A DNA stretch of 64,000 bases from Callorhinchus milii (Eukaryota). The position numbers were made by a program, and so were the translations under genes. The notes below the pieces were generated by a model. That model was not told the origin of the DNA. It ran no database searches and saw only the letters and a list, made by a program, of their open reading frames with translations. Of the stretch, positions 24,614-37,940 are shown in pieces; position 1 is the first letter of the stretch; every line of letters starts with the position of its first letter. The stretch lies in NCBI RefSeq assembly GCF_018977255.1, contig NW_024704743.1, forward strand, positions 47,494,001 to 47,558,000. The letters are read 5' to 3'.

Positions 24614-25815
24614 AAGTAATTCCTGATCAATACATTATGAATTTTTAAATTTAAAGAAGTGTTAGACACTAATCATGAAATGGACCCTGAAAAAATGTAG
24701 CCAGGGTTCACCTTCTTGATTGGTATCCGGCAACCTCCCACTTGAACTGCACGTGTGGACGAACACCTGCAGGTGAGGCCTGGATTTGGCTTCATAGTTA
24801 AATAACCCTTTGGCACTCACCGTCCAGTCTCACACATGACGGATGACCACTTGGTGAGGTACCAGAGGGCTGCCACTGCTGATGAAACCATACCCAGCAT
24901 AAGTCACCATCTTCAGGAGAGGAGGGAAAAGGGGAGAAAAATCAGAGGGGGAAGTAAAATAAATTTTAATAGTATTTTACCCATATATAAAAAAAATTCA
25001 AAGTGCAGAAGTCCACTCACTATAAGAATCCAATCCCCAGATTGAATCCCCAGTTTAAGACAAACCTTGTGTCTGACATGCGATCACATACATCAATTTA
25101 AAGTTGATTTAATTTTTATTTCTTTAAACCCGTGTTTTTATACTAGAATAAACTAAACAATTAGAACCAACAGGAGTCTAACACATAGGCAAGTCATATA
25201 TTAAGCTGCCAGCACCACTCTTTGCTGAAATGTGGAATCACACCTGAAGGACACATGTCTAAATATTGAGTACATACAGTAGGTGGAGATTTTATCACAT
25301 TACAAGAATGTCCATAACATAATCTGGTTACAATGTTAACTGGAGAAAAAGTATTAATTTATATTTCTGTAGCCCAACAGTTAATTGCTTTGTGCTTTGT
25401 GAAGCCACCCCACGGGGTACGAGATACTTGCTTACATTGTTTTTTATTTACACTTCAGAGATGACTCTCTTTAGGATTCCTGGGGGAGTAAGAGTTTATA
25501 ATGGGTGAATCCATAAAAAAAGACCAGAACTTATAAATTAACCACCCAGTAAAGAATAGATATCCTCAGCAAGGAAGGAACTTCAATTTAACAACCCAAG
25601 AAGAATCACCCCTAAAATATTATAGGTTTTAATTGAGTACCGATCTTGAAGTTTTGGTATTGTGCTGCAGTATGTAATGCCGGTTACAACAACATCAAGA
25701 AGCATTTATATAGTATCCTTCACTTGGGGTAGTGTCCCAGAGCACTTAAGAAGGTTACCTTCCTAGAGAGAACATTTTCACTCTTCACTCATCACCAACA
25801 TCATTTTGCTCTTAC

Positions 25816-25909
25816 CTGATAAAATGTTGTCTGTTTTTATTGCCGGAAACTTCAGAGTCATTTCATGTTTGTGCCTGTGAATCATAAGATGATCCTCAGT
25901 TGGAAATCG
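25816..25909 (-). CDS. CREB5: CREB5 coding exon (exon 3): RFPTEDHLMIHRHKHEMTLKFPAIKTDNILS(D), second half of the C2H2 finger and MAPK docking region
   Basis: 94 nt, acceptor tctaacag, donor G|gtaaga (phase 1). Near-identical to human RFPTEDHLMIHRHKHEMTLKFPSIKTDNMLSD. Too short for the ORF track; read by hand. Confidence 0.97.
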
Positions 25910-26046
25910 CTGTTAGACAAACAAAATTTCCATTAACTCACTAGCATTGAGGAATAGCAATAGCTCAGCTTTTTTAAAAAAATCAGTAATTCTTTATTCT
26001 GTATGCTTTTAATCAATTTGGTCTCACAGAGAATCTGATTCTATTA

Positions 26047-26720
26047 ACAACAACAACAAAATAACATTTATAAAGCACCTTTCACGTCAGGGGGACATCC
26101 CAAAGGAGCTGGACAGTCAGGGGTCAGGACCCAAGCATGGGGGAGGGGTGGGGTAGGGGTGAGGGAAGGCAGAGAGGTTGGAGGGAAACCAAAGGCACGA
26201 TCGAAGAGGAAGATCTTGAGACTGGCCTTGAAGGAGGTAAGGGAGGAAGCGAGGCGAAGGGACTGTGGGATGGAGTTCCAGAGTGTGGGGGCAGAGAGGC
26301 TGAAAGCTCAGCCACTGATGGTAGGGTGGGTCAGGTGGGAGACATGGAGCAGACCAGAGCCCCCTGAACGAAGGGAGCGGGCAGGTTGGTAGGGACTCAG
26401 CAGGTCAGAGAGGTAGGAGGGGGCAAGGCAATGGATGGCCTTGAAAGTGAGGATGAGGAACTTGAATTCGATCCGCTGAGGGATGGGGGGCCAGTGGAGT
26501 CAACGCCAGTAGTCCTGGAGTTGAGGGTGGAGGCAGAGAGACAGAATTGGGTGTCATCTGCATACATGTGGAAATTTATCCCATGACTGCGGATGATGTC
26601 ACCAAGGGGGAGCATGTAGAGGGTGAAGAGGAGGGGACTGAGGACAGAGCCCTGAGGAACACCTCACAAGATGGTGCGGGGGCTGGAGGAGAAGCCATTT
26701 GCTGAGACGAAGTGGAGGCG
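26047..26720 (-). mobile_element. L2 fragment with a large internal deletion near 26500
   Basis: ORF 26397..26615 [13 protein letters not shown] joins directly to the LHW region, about 460 bp shorter than the 62-63 kb copy. Confidence 0.9.
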
Positions 26721-26785
26721 GATATTAAGAATATCTACCAGGACCCAATGAAAACTTTTGATACGAGTCCTGGTTTCTCCCTCAC

Positions 26786-27254
26786 ATCCAATACTTAATA
26801 TACACCATACTCAAACTCAAGCAATTAAGTGTTTTTTTGCAGTATCTTGAAAAATCTGATTAAAACAAAATTTATTTCCATATTGTAAACGTAGAGTTGC
26901 CAGAGCAACTCAAAGTTTGGCTCGTATTTTGTACTGTGGGAATAAAAGACACAAGCTGCAAAAACAAAAAGAGTAGATCCATAGACAGCTCAACAAACTA
27001 ATATCAGGGGAGGATAGAAGTTCACTCCCAAAACTGTCAATAACGTAACACAGGTTTGGATTGTACTTTTCGATGATGTGTAATTTTCTGTCTTTTCGTC
27101 CCAATCTTCAAAATACAAGACAAACTTTGGAGTTACGCCAAGAATAACAATAGAGAAATATATTCTGTTTTTAATCAACTTTCAGATTTTTCAAGATAGT
27201 GCAAAAATCACTTAATTTCTTCAATTTGAGTATGGTTTACATTAAATATTGGAT
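26786..27254. repeat. Imperfect inverted repeat, arms of about 166 bp (26786-26951 / 27089-27254)
   Basis: For example tatcttgaaaaatctga / tcagatttttcaagata and accatactcaaa / tttgagtatggt. Confidence 0.9.
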
Positions 27255-27335
27255 AATTGTCACAACATATTTTTACCCTTTTTTTATTTATATATTTTTA
27301 CAATGAAGCCCTTATGAAGATAGTATAATACTCAC

Positions 27336-27401
27336 CTGTGCACAGCCTGGAGCGTTGCAAATAAATGGTCGGTCTTGCTCCAAATTCATAACTGAATTAA
27401 T
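27336..27401 (-). CDS. CREB5: CREB5 coding exon (equivalent to human exon 2): INSVMNLEQDRPFICNAPGCAQ, first half of the C2H2 zinc finger
   Basis: 66-nt exon between acceptor ttggttatcag and donor CAG|gtgagt. The translation matches the CREB5 N-terminus (human MNLEQERPFVCSAPGCSQ). Phase 0 at both ends. Confidence 0.95.
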
Positions 27402-28344
27402 CTGATAACCAAATACAGAACAATAAATAAATAAGTGGCAACTGTGTATTTGAGCAAAATATTTTGTATTAATAAACAAGAAATATTGCTCATACCACTG
27501 CCATAACACAAATTGGACCTCAGCCAATTCCTAATTAGATATCATAGTTATAATAACACAACACACCATACTTTCAAAAAGAAAAAATGTGGTTGGCTTA
27601 CAACAGTCACCACTTAATCACAATTGAGGTCTGCTCAATTTGCACAAATCTGCAAGACTTGTCAAGTTGTACAATCTCAGTTTTCATGGAGAAACTGCCA
27701 AGTGATGCAATAGAATGTAAGCATGAAATTGGCTCAGCGCTGTTTTGTTGTCCAATACATCAGTTCTAGAAGTGGCTTGCATTTCCAAACAAGTACCATT
27801 CACTCCTCATCCAGAATTGAATGTTAACGTTCCCTTTTTCTGCTTTAGTCAGCCAGGTGTCTGATCAATTACCATAAATAAGAGTCTGCAAACCAAACTG
27901 CTGAGAGTTCCATATTTGAACAGCAAATGTGGCTGGTCTGGAAGCGAGTCTACACTGTCTCCTCAGAGGGATGCAATCTGCTTACATAATCCTAGAAAGT
28001 TTAGGCGCAGGTTGACAAGAGGTAACATGATATTTGCAAGTTACTTGGAGCAAGCTGCATGTTGAAATGGTCAGCAAACATTTGAAAATTGTAATACAAG
28101 TAAGCCACTTTGTTTTTAATCGTACTCAGCTAGACATCATTCTGTTGTCCCTATTGGTATCAAAAATGTAGGTTTTCTCCTCTATTAAGTACAAGATGTT
28201 ATCCTATGCGAAGGGCGCTGTATAAATGTAAGCTGTTTTGTTGTTCTATATTACATAGATCAAAAAATTCAAGTAATAAGTTACACTCCTATTTTTATCC
28301 TCGTTTACTTTTGGAGTATTTATTTGTGTATTTATCGAAGACAT

Positions 28345-28709
28345 GATAATGATACTTGTGTTTGATATAGCACCTTATTACGTTTTCAAGACGGCTCAAA
28401 GCGCTTCATAGAATATACTGTGAAGTGAATTGACTGTGTATTTTGTGGGTGAAATGCGGCAGCCAATTGCACACAGCGGTGTCCCACAAACAGTCGTGCA
28501 TTTAAGTGAGCAATTATTATTTTTTTGAAGGATTTATTACCCCCAGAAACGCGATCCGCCAATCGACTAACAACCAGGTTCCTATTACTGCTCGGTAAAT
28601 ACAAGCGTGTGGAGTAAGGAAATTTGCCCAACATTTAGCCCTGCCGCGAATCAAACCCAGGTCTCTCGCTTGTGAGGCGAGTGCTCTAACAACTAAGCTA
28701 CAGGACTCC
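28345..28709 (-). mobile_element. Same SINE family, long variant
   Basis: Includes the extra segment of about 70 bp (28540-28605). Confidence 0.9.
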
Positions 28710-30864
28710 GCAAGCATGATAAGACAAACAACAACTTGCATGTATATAGCAGCCTTCACGCGGGATAGCGTCTCAGAGCACTTAATATGGAGTCCTGTAT
28801 CAGGCGCTATATCAAATGGAAGGATTATTATTATTTAAAACAGGTTTCTTCTGCCTGCTCTGTAAGGCTCAGTATCACATCACATTGCCCTCCGAGTAAT
28901 CCTGGAGACGATCTCAGGTAATGTTGAATTTAAATCTAAACATTTGATCTTGCCAGCTTGCTGAATGAGAAAACAAAACTGTACTGCCGTCCAAGGAGAA
29001 ATACATGTTACCAATCAGTATCATTAACCTCTAAAAGCTAAAACAAACTGCAGCAAAAGGCAAAGCACATACAGAACAGCATTGCTACAGTATAGTACAT
29101 TAAATGAAACATTAAAAAAAGAGAAGCTAAAGGAAATAATTTCACATCATACTTCATTCAATCTCGCGCTCCAATTTTTGTCTCACAGTTTAGGATATCA
29201 CAACCCCATGATTTTGTTGCAGACGTAACTCGCTCCCAACCTTATTCAACATGCAGTAAATTATTATAAATGAGCAATCTGATTAATGACAGAGGAAGCA
29301 TTAATACTGTACTTGCCAACAGTCAGCATTTACAGAATGAGTTAAACAGATCAAAAGCAGTACCAGAGGCATTCTTATAATATTGGCTCATGGTTCTTTT
29401 TAACTATTCAATAATAGTTCCAAGGAACATTTTAGAGTTGATGTATACTGGGATGGAAGAAGTATGATCTGTTTAAAGCATTCAACAGCATGATTTATGC
29501 ATAGCTCTCTGTTATCCACCGGAATGTCATGATAACCACATTACAATCTCCAGCAGTGTAGAGTAGGCTTATTATCTTGTATTCCATTGTTATAGAAGGT
29601 TTGCCGTACAAAACAATGAGTAACAAAATCAAAAACACAAGATGAAAGCAAACATTGTTCCACGCTAATGATAATAATACTGAATAAGTTTCAATTTAAC
29701 CTTCTCAAGTGTACATGGCTGTCTTTGTGCACAGATCAAAATCTTTTTGATTTTCTTTTTCTTAAACTTGCATTTTTCTCAAGATTCCATTGAGAATATT
29801 ATACTGTAATTATCCTGTATTAGATGATGCGGTAAGAATTTATCTGTTTTTAAAGAGTGGATTTAGCTTGCAACCTACCTCTCAACAAGCCGTTCCATAA
29901 CATGAACTCAACAGTACACAAGCATACATTTATTCAGTAAACTGCCAATACCTTCTTAGAAAATGCAATGCTCTTCAGTTCCACCCTAATTTCTAAAGCT
30001 ATGATTATGACCTAAAGGAGATAGTTCCCAAGTTGTATAAATGCAGCAGTGCAAATCAGTGTCATGCCCAATATTCCTTAAAAGTTTATTTGGTGGTCCA
30101 CTGGAAGGCCTGAGATATTTCACAGGAATTCTTTTAATGTTATTAAAGAAATGGTTCCAACATGATCTCTTTAATAATGTTAAAAAAAGCCAAATGTTGG
30201 AAGCCTGTGCACAAGTAGCTTTGCAAAACCAAGTCTTAGCTTTTAGTAGGTCCTCCTGATTAATGAAGTGAGGAGCAGGAATTCTAAATGAACCTTCCCA
30301 CTTCATAGTGCTCATCTACTGGAAGTAAATGTACTTGACTTCCAGCAGTATAAAAAACAGCAATATCCTGAGTATTCAAGCTCTAATTAAACATGATTAT
30401 GTCTTATCTATGTGCAATACTATAGATTTATTGTTACATTTATTTCGTCATGCTTCTATCCAATGGCAGAATCAATACAAGCCCCTTTACAAACCTTTGC
30501 TTCATCCTTTTTTGACTTCTATATTCAGAAAATGTGAACAGAGTCTCAAATGGATTAGACTACTCTCTTTCCCTTCACCTACTTGAGCTGGCTAGAGGTG
30601 AGAAAAAGCTGCCTTGGTCAGGGCTGATGGAGGAATTGTCAGCTCTCAATAACTGAAGCCACTCCAAGTGTGGCTTCAATTATCCATCTCTGGTGTGTGA
30701 ACAATGAAGCCTTAGCAGTACCCCACTATGTAATAAGGAGGGCATTTTCTGTTAATGATGTAGAGGATATGTGCACCTAAACAGTTAAGTGTTGTTTTTA
30801 TGTACTTTGTGAGTAATTATAATAATTGAAAACTAAGGATGGAAAACAATTTTCACTCAGAGAG

Positions 30865-31145
30865 GAACAACAAAAATTTTACATTTATATAGCGGCTTTC
30901 ACACAAGGAGGATGTCTCAATGTCTTCACAGAACTGTCTGGGAGCCCGAGCTAGGGGTGGAAAGAGCTGAGGAAGGTGGAGGGGGATAAGTGACCAAAAA
31001 ATGGTGTTAAGGCGTGTTTTAAAGGGAGGGATTGAAATGGAGGTACTACAGGTTGGATTTCCAGAGAGCAGGTGCAGAACGACTGAAAGTTTGCCCACTC
31101 AAAGTAGGGCAGGACAGGCAAGGGACATGAAGTCTGGGAGCTGGT
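30865..31145 (-). mobile_element. Degenerate L2 3' fragment
   Basis: Tail (CAA)n plus similarity to the L2 C-terminal coding region. Confidence 0.7.
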
Positions 31146-32129
31146 TGCCTGGACACTCTCTTAACTACAGTCAATTCATGGCCTCAGAAGACTAATGGAA
31201 AGGGGAACAACGAGAGATTTATACTCTTGCCAAAAAAAGCTACTCTCCGTAAGAAAATCTTCTTCGTGGTATCAGGAACAGTCCTTCCACAGTCTTTCCT
31301 CTTCCGTTCTGATGGTGGTCATTTTTGTGACATGTTTTCACTGTGTAACCACAAGCTCCTCTCATTTATAGCATCATTTTCATATATCATAAAAGATTAA
31401 CAGATTGAAGCAAATTGGTCAATACACTGAAGCAATGAGTATTGCATTTCGCATAATACTTTTGGGCTGCAATAAAAAAGTCAGAATTTTCAAAAGAGCT
31501 ATGAATATTAGAATTGCTGAAATTCTAGCATATTTATTGCCAGCAAAATAGACTGATTATTACCAGTTCCCATCTTAATGGAGAGGATGTTGTGCGGATG
31601 GTAGAAAAAAAACTGTGTAAACCTACGGGTGGCTTTGTACTGGAAAGTTTTAAAACATATGGAAAGCAGATTCAAAGGACTTAACTTTTAAAAAATGAAT
31701 TACTGCCAATTGTTCTTCATGATCAGTAATGGCTGGCAAATGCTTTGTTCTTTGCTGCTTCAAATACTGCTTTTCTTGCTGCTGTTACAACTAAAATCTG
31801 CAGTTTATTTTTAAGATCACCAAATAAAGTTCTCTGCGTTTTCTTTTGATTAACAAGTTGGTCTAATTAATGGGAATCTGCTTGTTGCTGGCAACAACAT
31901 CACAGCACCAAAAAGAGCAATTTAAGAAATCCACAATGTGGAGAAACACATGGTTATTGTAAAGTCACAGCATTTCTATTAAGAGAGCACTTATAAATAC
32001 TGTATAATCAAAAAAATCCAAGAATTCACATTTTAAACATGAAGACTCACATCTAGTGTTCAATGATCCTTGTTTGTTTTAATTGTAATTAGCCGTTTGC
32101 TTTTAATCGTACATCTTTCCGCTTAGGTG

Positions 32130-33880
32130 AATTCATAAGCTGCCGTGTATAATGTAGGTACAAGCATTCAGGAGGTATATATTTATGGTCTGTGGTTATA
32201 TATGTGGTCCAGATGTTTATGGCAGCACATTACTGAGTTTCTGGGACTTCAGTTGATGATTTTCAGTTATAAGATCTAGGGAAAAACTTTAATCCTTTCC
32301 AGCCTGGGCTACATAGGCCTTAATATATATTGCTCCCAATATTCCTGCCTGCAATGCCACCTGAGTTGCACCTGAGCCACAAAGTAATTACTTTCAAATC
32401 AGCACAGAAAATAGTACAGTGTTGCTAATGTAATGTAAGTCATTCTAACTGCCCCCATTGTCCTACCATATCCAGGGTGGTCTGAGAGAAATACTGACAG
32501 GAAGTTACGGGAATTCAAATGAGATTTTTCAAGTAAAGGTTGTATGACATGGATGCTGGATGAGGATGGGTGCATTTTTTCAAATCTACTTTTGGTTTAC
32601 TGAATGTATATATGGTTTAAATACATTTATAAATCCATTGCCCAGTGCTCCTGACCAAGAATCCCCTACAGAAAATGGGTAATTTACTTCATGACAGTCT
32701 GTGGGATATTGCTCTTTCAGAGCCTTGGGAGATCCTCCCGACGTGAAAGGTGCTATAGAAATGTAATCTTGTTGTTGTTGCTCTGTGCAAATTGGCAGCT
32801 GCGTTTGCCTACAAAAATACTCAGTCACTACACTTCACACTAAATCCTGTGAAGCCCTTTGAAATATCCCTTCCAATGTGAAAGGCGCTATATCAAATGC
32901 AGGGATTATTATCATAGCAGCAGTATTAGAAAAGACAATGAGCCCCTGGACCACACACCACACACTTATGTAACATGGTGCTAATTATTAGCACTTGTCC
33001 AGGAAGGAAAAATGAAAATTCCTGGGATAAATTTGGATTATGTTCCCTTAAATTGAAGTGGTTAAAGGGTGATTTAATTGAGTTGTACAAAATGAGAAAG
33101 GGAATTGACAAGTATAAGAACATTCTTTCCTCTAGTAAGGATATCTAGAAGAAGGGGGGACATAATCTTATTAAAACTAAGCAGTAATGAGTAAATCCAG
33201 AAAACATTTGTTGACACAAGTGGTTGTGAAAATGTAGAATGCACTGCTCCATCAGATAGCAGATGCAAGATCAATTTAAATGTTTAGATTGGAGAAATAG
33301 ATAGAAAGTTGGGAAGTAAGGATATTAAAGAATATAAAAAAGTGGAGAAGTTAATTTTGTTTAAAAGTTGTCCATGAGCACATAAAATGGGGTACCAGGA
33401 TGGATTGACTGAACAACAAGAACAACAAATTGCATTTGTATAGTGCCTTTCACGTCGAGATGATATCCCAAGACCCTGGAAATAGCTCATTCCTCTTTCC
33501 ATGTTTGTGCAAAACCTTGTTTCTCTGAGAATGTCCTAAAGCTTTATCTTGTTGTTTTTTCTCATAATTTTTTCTCCTGCTTACTCCTCTCTTGAAGGTG
33601 TTTGACTTCCTTTTTCTTCAACTGATCTAATGGTTTCTTACTGGGCAACTCAAGTTACAGTGTAAAGGGGAAAATTGAGAACTGTGTATTTTGAGGTTAT
33701 GTAGTCCAGTCTGGAAGGGATTAAATTATTTCCCAAGATTCCACAAGCAATAATCATCAAGTAAAATCCTGTCTGACTCAGTAATGTGTTACCATAATCA
33801 TCTGAACCACATATATAACCACAGACCATAACTATATGCTAGAAGGTTAGTACCTATATAATACATGTCAGTTATGAATT
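32130..33880. repeat. Imperfect inverted repeat, arms of about 240 bp (32130-32369 / 33645-33880)
   Basis: For example ttatggtctgtggttatatatgtggt / accacatatataaccacagaccataa, with colinear similarity on both sides. Confidence 0.9.
33000..33410 (+). mobile_element. Highly degenerate CR1 3' fragment (similar relics at about 5005-5290, 17845-18020, 45490-45960)
   Basis: Residual similarity to the LGLFSLE.RRLRGDLIE and 3' UTR regions. Confidence 0.6.
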
Positions 33881-33964
33881 TACAAATGTGGTCAATTTCA
33901 AATTAAAAATAAATACTCAATGAAAATTGAACTGAAGAACAGTTCAGCACTAGTCTTGAGTCTA

Positions 33965-34302
33965 ACTTCAACCAAATAGCCTCTATTAATGTGTGAACCG
34001 AGACACTGAGCATTAGCAGCCTAGTTGACCACAGAGAGCATCACAGCCCACCCTGATGTTATCCCCATTCGTTTTTACATACTCACTCCTCCAGCAGGGT
34101 CATTGCGCAGCAATCAAGAGTGGGAACTCTGGCTGCTTTTTCCTTCCCTCGCCTGGAGCGCCGAAGACAATGTAATCGCCCCGAGTGCTCCTTCAACACA
34201 ATCAGCTAACTCAGTGCAGACTGGGCATTGAACCCGAGACCTTCCGCAGTCTACACTGCTTTGCTACTCATGAATAAACTCACTGAACAATCGAGAGAGC
34301 CC
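33965..34302 (-). mobile_element. Ancient tRNA SINE resembling AmnSINE2; other copies at about 21200-21575(-), 24690-24935(+), 4060-4175(+), 17170-17285(-)
   Basis: Minus-strand head gaaggtctcgggttcaatgcccagtctgcactgagttagctgat. The copies share the ..cactcac..ctcacacatga.. 3' part. Family name recalled. Confidence 0.6.
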
Positions 34303-37300
34303 AAAAAGCTTTTCTGTGCCAGTGTGAATAGTGATGTTCCCACATTATTGCACTTTTTTCAGAATTTCTTTGCCAATTTTCCTTTTTTTGCCTGTAACAT
34401 GAAAGTATATTGTGCAAAGTATTGAAACAATAGAACTTACATTTTACTAAACAGTAAACAAATACAATAGTTGAGAATGATTAACTTACATATGGCAATT
34501 TCATATGGTTCTCATTAACTGAGAGCAGTACATTGGTGGTGTCTGATTACATCTCTGTACAAGATACATATGTCCTGTCCACCCCATAATATCCTAGTTT
34601 TAAATTTACAACAACCCTTTAATGAGACACCAGAGGAATCTGTGCGATTTTCTATCTTTCTCATTTACACTGGAGAATATCAGCCTTCTTCAGTTTCTTT
34701 CCTTTATCTGCATGCAGATATTTTCTTTCTTGCAAAGTATAACAATGTATCTAAATATGGAAATATTAAAATTTATAAAATGCCAATGCTATAAAATAAA
34801 AAGTAGGACTACGATCGGCCAAAAGAATAATCAAACCAGGCATGACTGGCTCCGAAAGATAAGATGTATATTTATAAGGCTGCTGTGACTGAAAAATATC
34901 AAAATATCAGACTCTTTACCAAATCACTGTACTTGGTAACACTCTACAGCACACACTATTACGTGGTTCCTCTGTAAAATCTATTGATTACTGATCTCGA
35001 GTATTTCCTAGCACGAAGTTCAAGAGCAGCAAAGGACTGAGAGACAATCACCTTCCCAATTAGGAACTGTTGCAGTGTAAGATATCAGCCTAAATGTAAA
35101 TACTAATTAAATAAAGGGTAATCACTATTAAACTGATCAAATCTCCAACCTCTAAATTCAATTTGAAATGAATCACGTCAGATCATGTCAGATGTCATTA
35201 CTCACTTGAACAGCATGACTTTGTAAAGAATACTGAGTCCTTATAGTAATTCTTGCATTTGATATAACACCTATAATATCAAAATGCTTCACAGGTTATT
35301 GCTGTTAAGTGCTGTGACTGTATTTTTGTAACCAAACGAGGCAGCCAATTTGCACACTGTATAAACAGCCACAAAGTGAATGAAGCGCTCTGAGATGCTA
35401 CCCTGCATGGAGGGTAGCTATATAAGTGTAAGTTGTTGTAGTTGTGGCTGTTAACCAATTTATCTGGAGAATTGTGAGCCGAGATACCAGGAAAATTCAC
35501 ATCTCAGTTTTAATGATACCACAACTGTTTCCATGTTCACCTGAACAGACACATGGGTCCTTGGTTTAACGTTCTATACAAAGGATGGCACTTCCAACAA
35601 TGCAATGCCCCACTGATGCTCAAACCCTGATATGGGGTTTCCACAACCTCATCAACTACGCTGACAACTGTCCTTGTGGTATATGCATAAATAAAATATT
35701 AGATTGATATGAGAGAGAGCAGAACCCATATATTAAAAGTATTATTTGATTGTAAGATTGTCAATGGGGATGCAACAGAAGAAAATTCAACATTTTCAAT
35801 TGTTTCTCTTTCTCTTAAATATTATTTGTGTGCATTCTGTATTGATGCGTATTCAAAAAAGGCACACATTTGAACTGAGTAAAAAACAATGGAAAGGGAG
35901 TGTGAAAATATTCACAAAGGATCAGTTGTACTATAGGCACTGTTTCAAATTGGTACCAAGCAGTAGATCAGTACAAGTTGGAATTCCACTGGCAGTTTCA
36001 CATTATTCTCTCCTTAAGTAAAGCAGACACTGCCTACAGTAGTTATCTGCAGTGCTCCACAACCAGAGTGCAATTGCTGGTTCCATATTTAATGTTGGCA
36101 AAGCGCCATGGCACATACTGCTCTTCACTCGCACTTCACATTGGCTACAGTTATACGACCAATGGTGCCAAGCTGAAGCAGCGCGAGACAACCTCCTTGA
36201 GATGAACTGCCACTGCTATTGTTAATTCAGATGCAGTGGTCCTTAAACTACTAATGCGATGTAGTCTTAGTATTGATTCAACATTAAAATTGCACATTTA
36301 CTGGAGCTCTTTACGATTCTTTGTGGGACACTGCTGTGCACAATTGGCTGCCGCATTTTGCCCACAAAATACAATTCACTTTACAGTATATTCTATGAGG
36401 CACTTTGAGACGTCTCGAAGACATGATAAGGTGCTACATCAAATGCAAGTATCATTATTTCACTGAACAACTGTTAACACCATAGAGTAACTGTCTTATA
36501 GCATTTATAAAACAGGACATTGTCTGAACTCTGCTCCATGTCCAAAGCTTTTCCATTACAGTCCTGGGACATTAAATTGTGTTATGTAAAAATTAAGTCA
36601 CATAATGTAACAAGATACTGATTTCTAAAAAGCAATGTATTATATGCCAAAGCTCCCACGATATAAACAGCATTTTCTCCAGGGCATTCCCTGCATGTAA
36701 CACAGAGTCATGGAACTTCAACTCCAATGAAATCTCAAGCCCAAGCCAAGATCTCAAAGCTTTGCATGTCTTACGAGGGATCTGCGTCAGGCCCCATCAA
36801 ATTTAAGGTTCTGTCACTGTTAAGTGCTCTGCAATGCTGCCCCGCCTGAAAGGTGCTATCAAAATGCAAGGGTGACAGGACTCGAGAATGCAACTTTTCT
36901 CATTTTGTCCACAATGTTAGTTTCACGCGCTGTTGAGTTCTGATTGTGGACTGGTTAAATGATGTGGGTAGAAGTCATCTTACATTATTCCAACAGTGTT
37001 CCTTAATCCAATAAGGTCACATTCTATGGAATGTAAACCCACCATCAGGGTAGACGATGAAGAATATTATAGTGCAAAAGAAAAAAAATATTATAGTGTC
37101 AGTCAGTAGCCCCTTTGTAAGAAATTGTAGAGCATAAAGAATTGCAATTAGATTTAACATCTTATGTTTCCATGCATCAATGACTATTTCTGTTAATTTT
37201 TCAAATATTTGTTTGAAACAATTCAGCTCTGACTTTATCATATGAAAACCTGTCCAGAGGACTGACTCACTCTTAACAGTACAAGGGAGGTAAAATTTCA

Positions 37301-37940
37301 TGCACAGTTGATACAAAAATAGGGTGAAAATTGTGATCCCTGCTGTGTTAATTATTGAACCGTTGATAAATGTGGTCAATTAAACTAGTCAGTAGCTAAA
37401 GGGAGCTGATAACTAAATACTGGCTTATGATCCTTCTCAGCTCCCCCTGCACCCCAATTCTGTCAGAACTCTGATCCTGGAGGCATGCCATGGCATTGCA
37501 CTTGCCACACACACCAGATTGTGATATTAGCCTGCTGTTTACTGGAACACCAGCTTAACAGCTGAGGAAATTTTCACCCCAATATTCCTGAAATGTCTTG
37601 GGTTAATGACTCAATATTCCTTGGTTTAATGATGTCAATATATCTTGTTACACTCTCATTCTCAACAAGTTATTTGTCCTGCTAAACATCAGCAAAAATT
37701 AAAGGCGGTATAAAGACCTATAAAGCCCAAATTAAACCTAAACCTCAAGAAACTAATTTTCTCACCTCAGAAACATATACTAGATATAGAACAAGTTACA
37801 TTGTTTTATCCATTTTAATGACTTATTCTCACCAATGACAGGGTTGGTAAGAAAAGTGTTAGGGAGAGAAAGATACAAATATAATAATCCTTGCATTCAA
37901 ATATAGCACATTATCACTGTAAAACATCTTGAAACATCTC

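Noticed and set aside
5899..27401. Assignment to ATF2 or ATF7
   Set aside because: MNLEQ, RFPTEDHLMIHRHKH, EFRKAQEEE and NISMH are CREB5-type rather than ATF2/ATF7-type residues.
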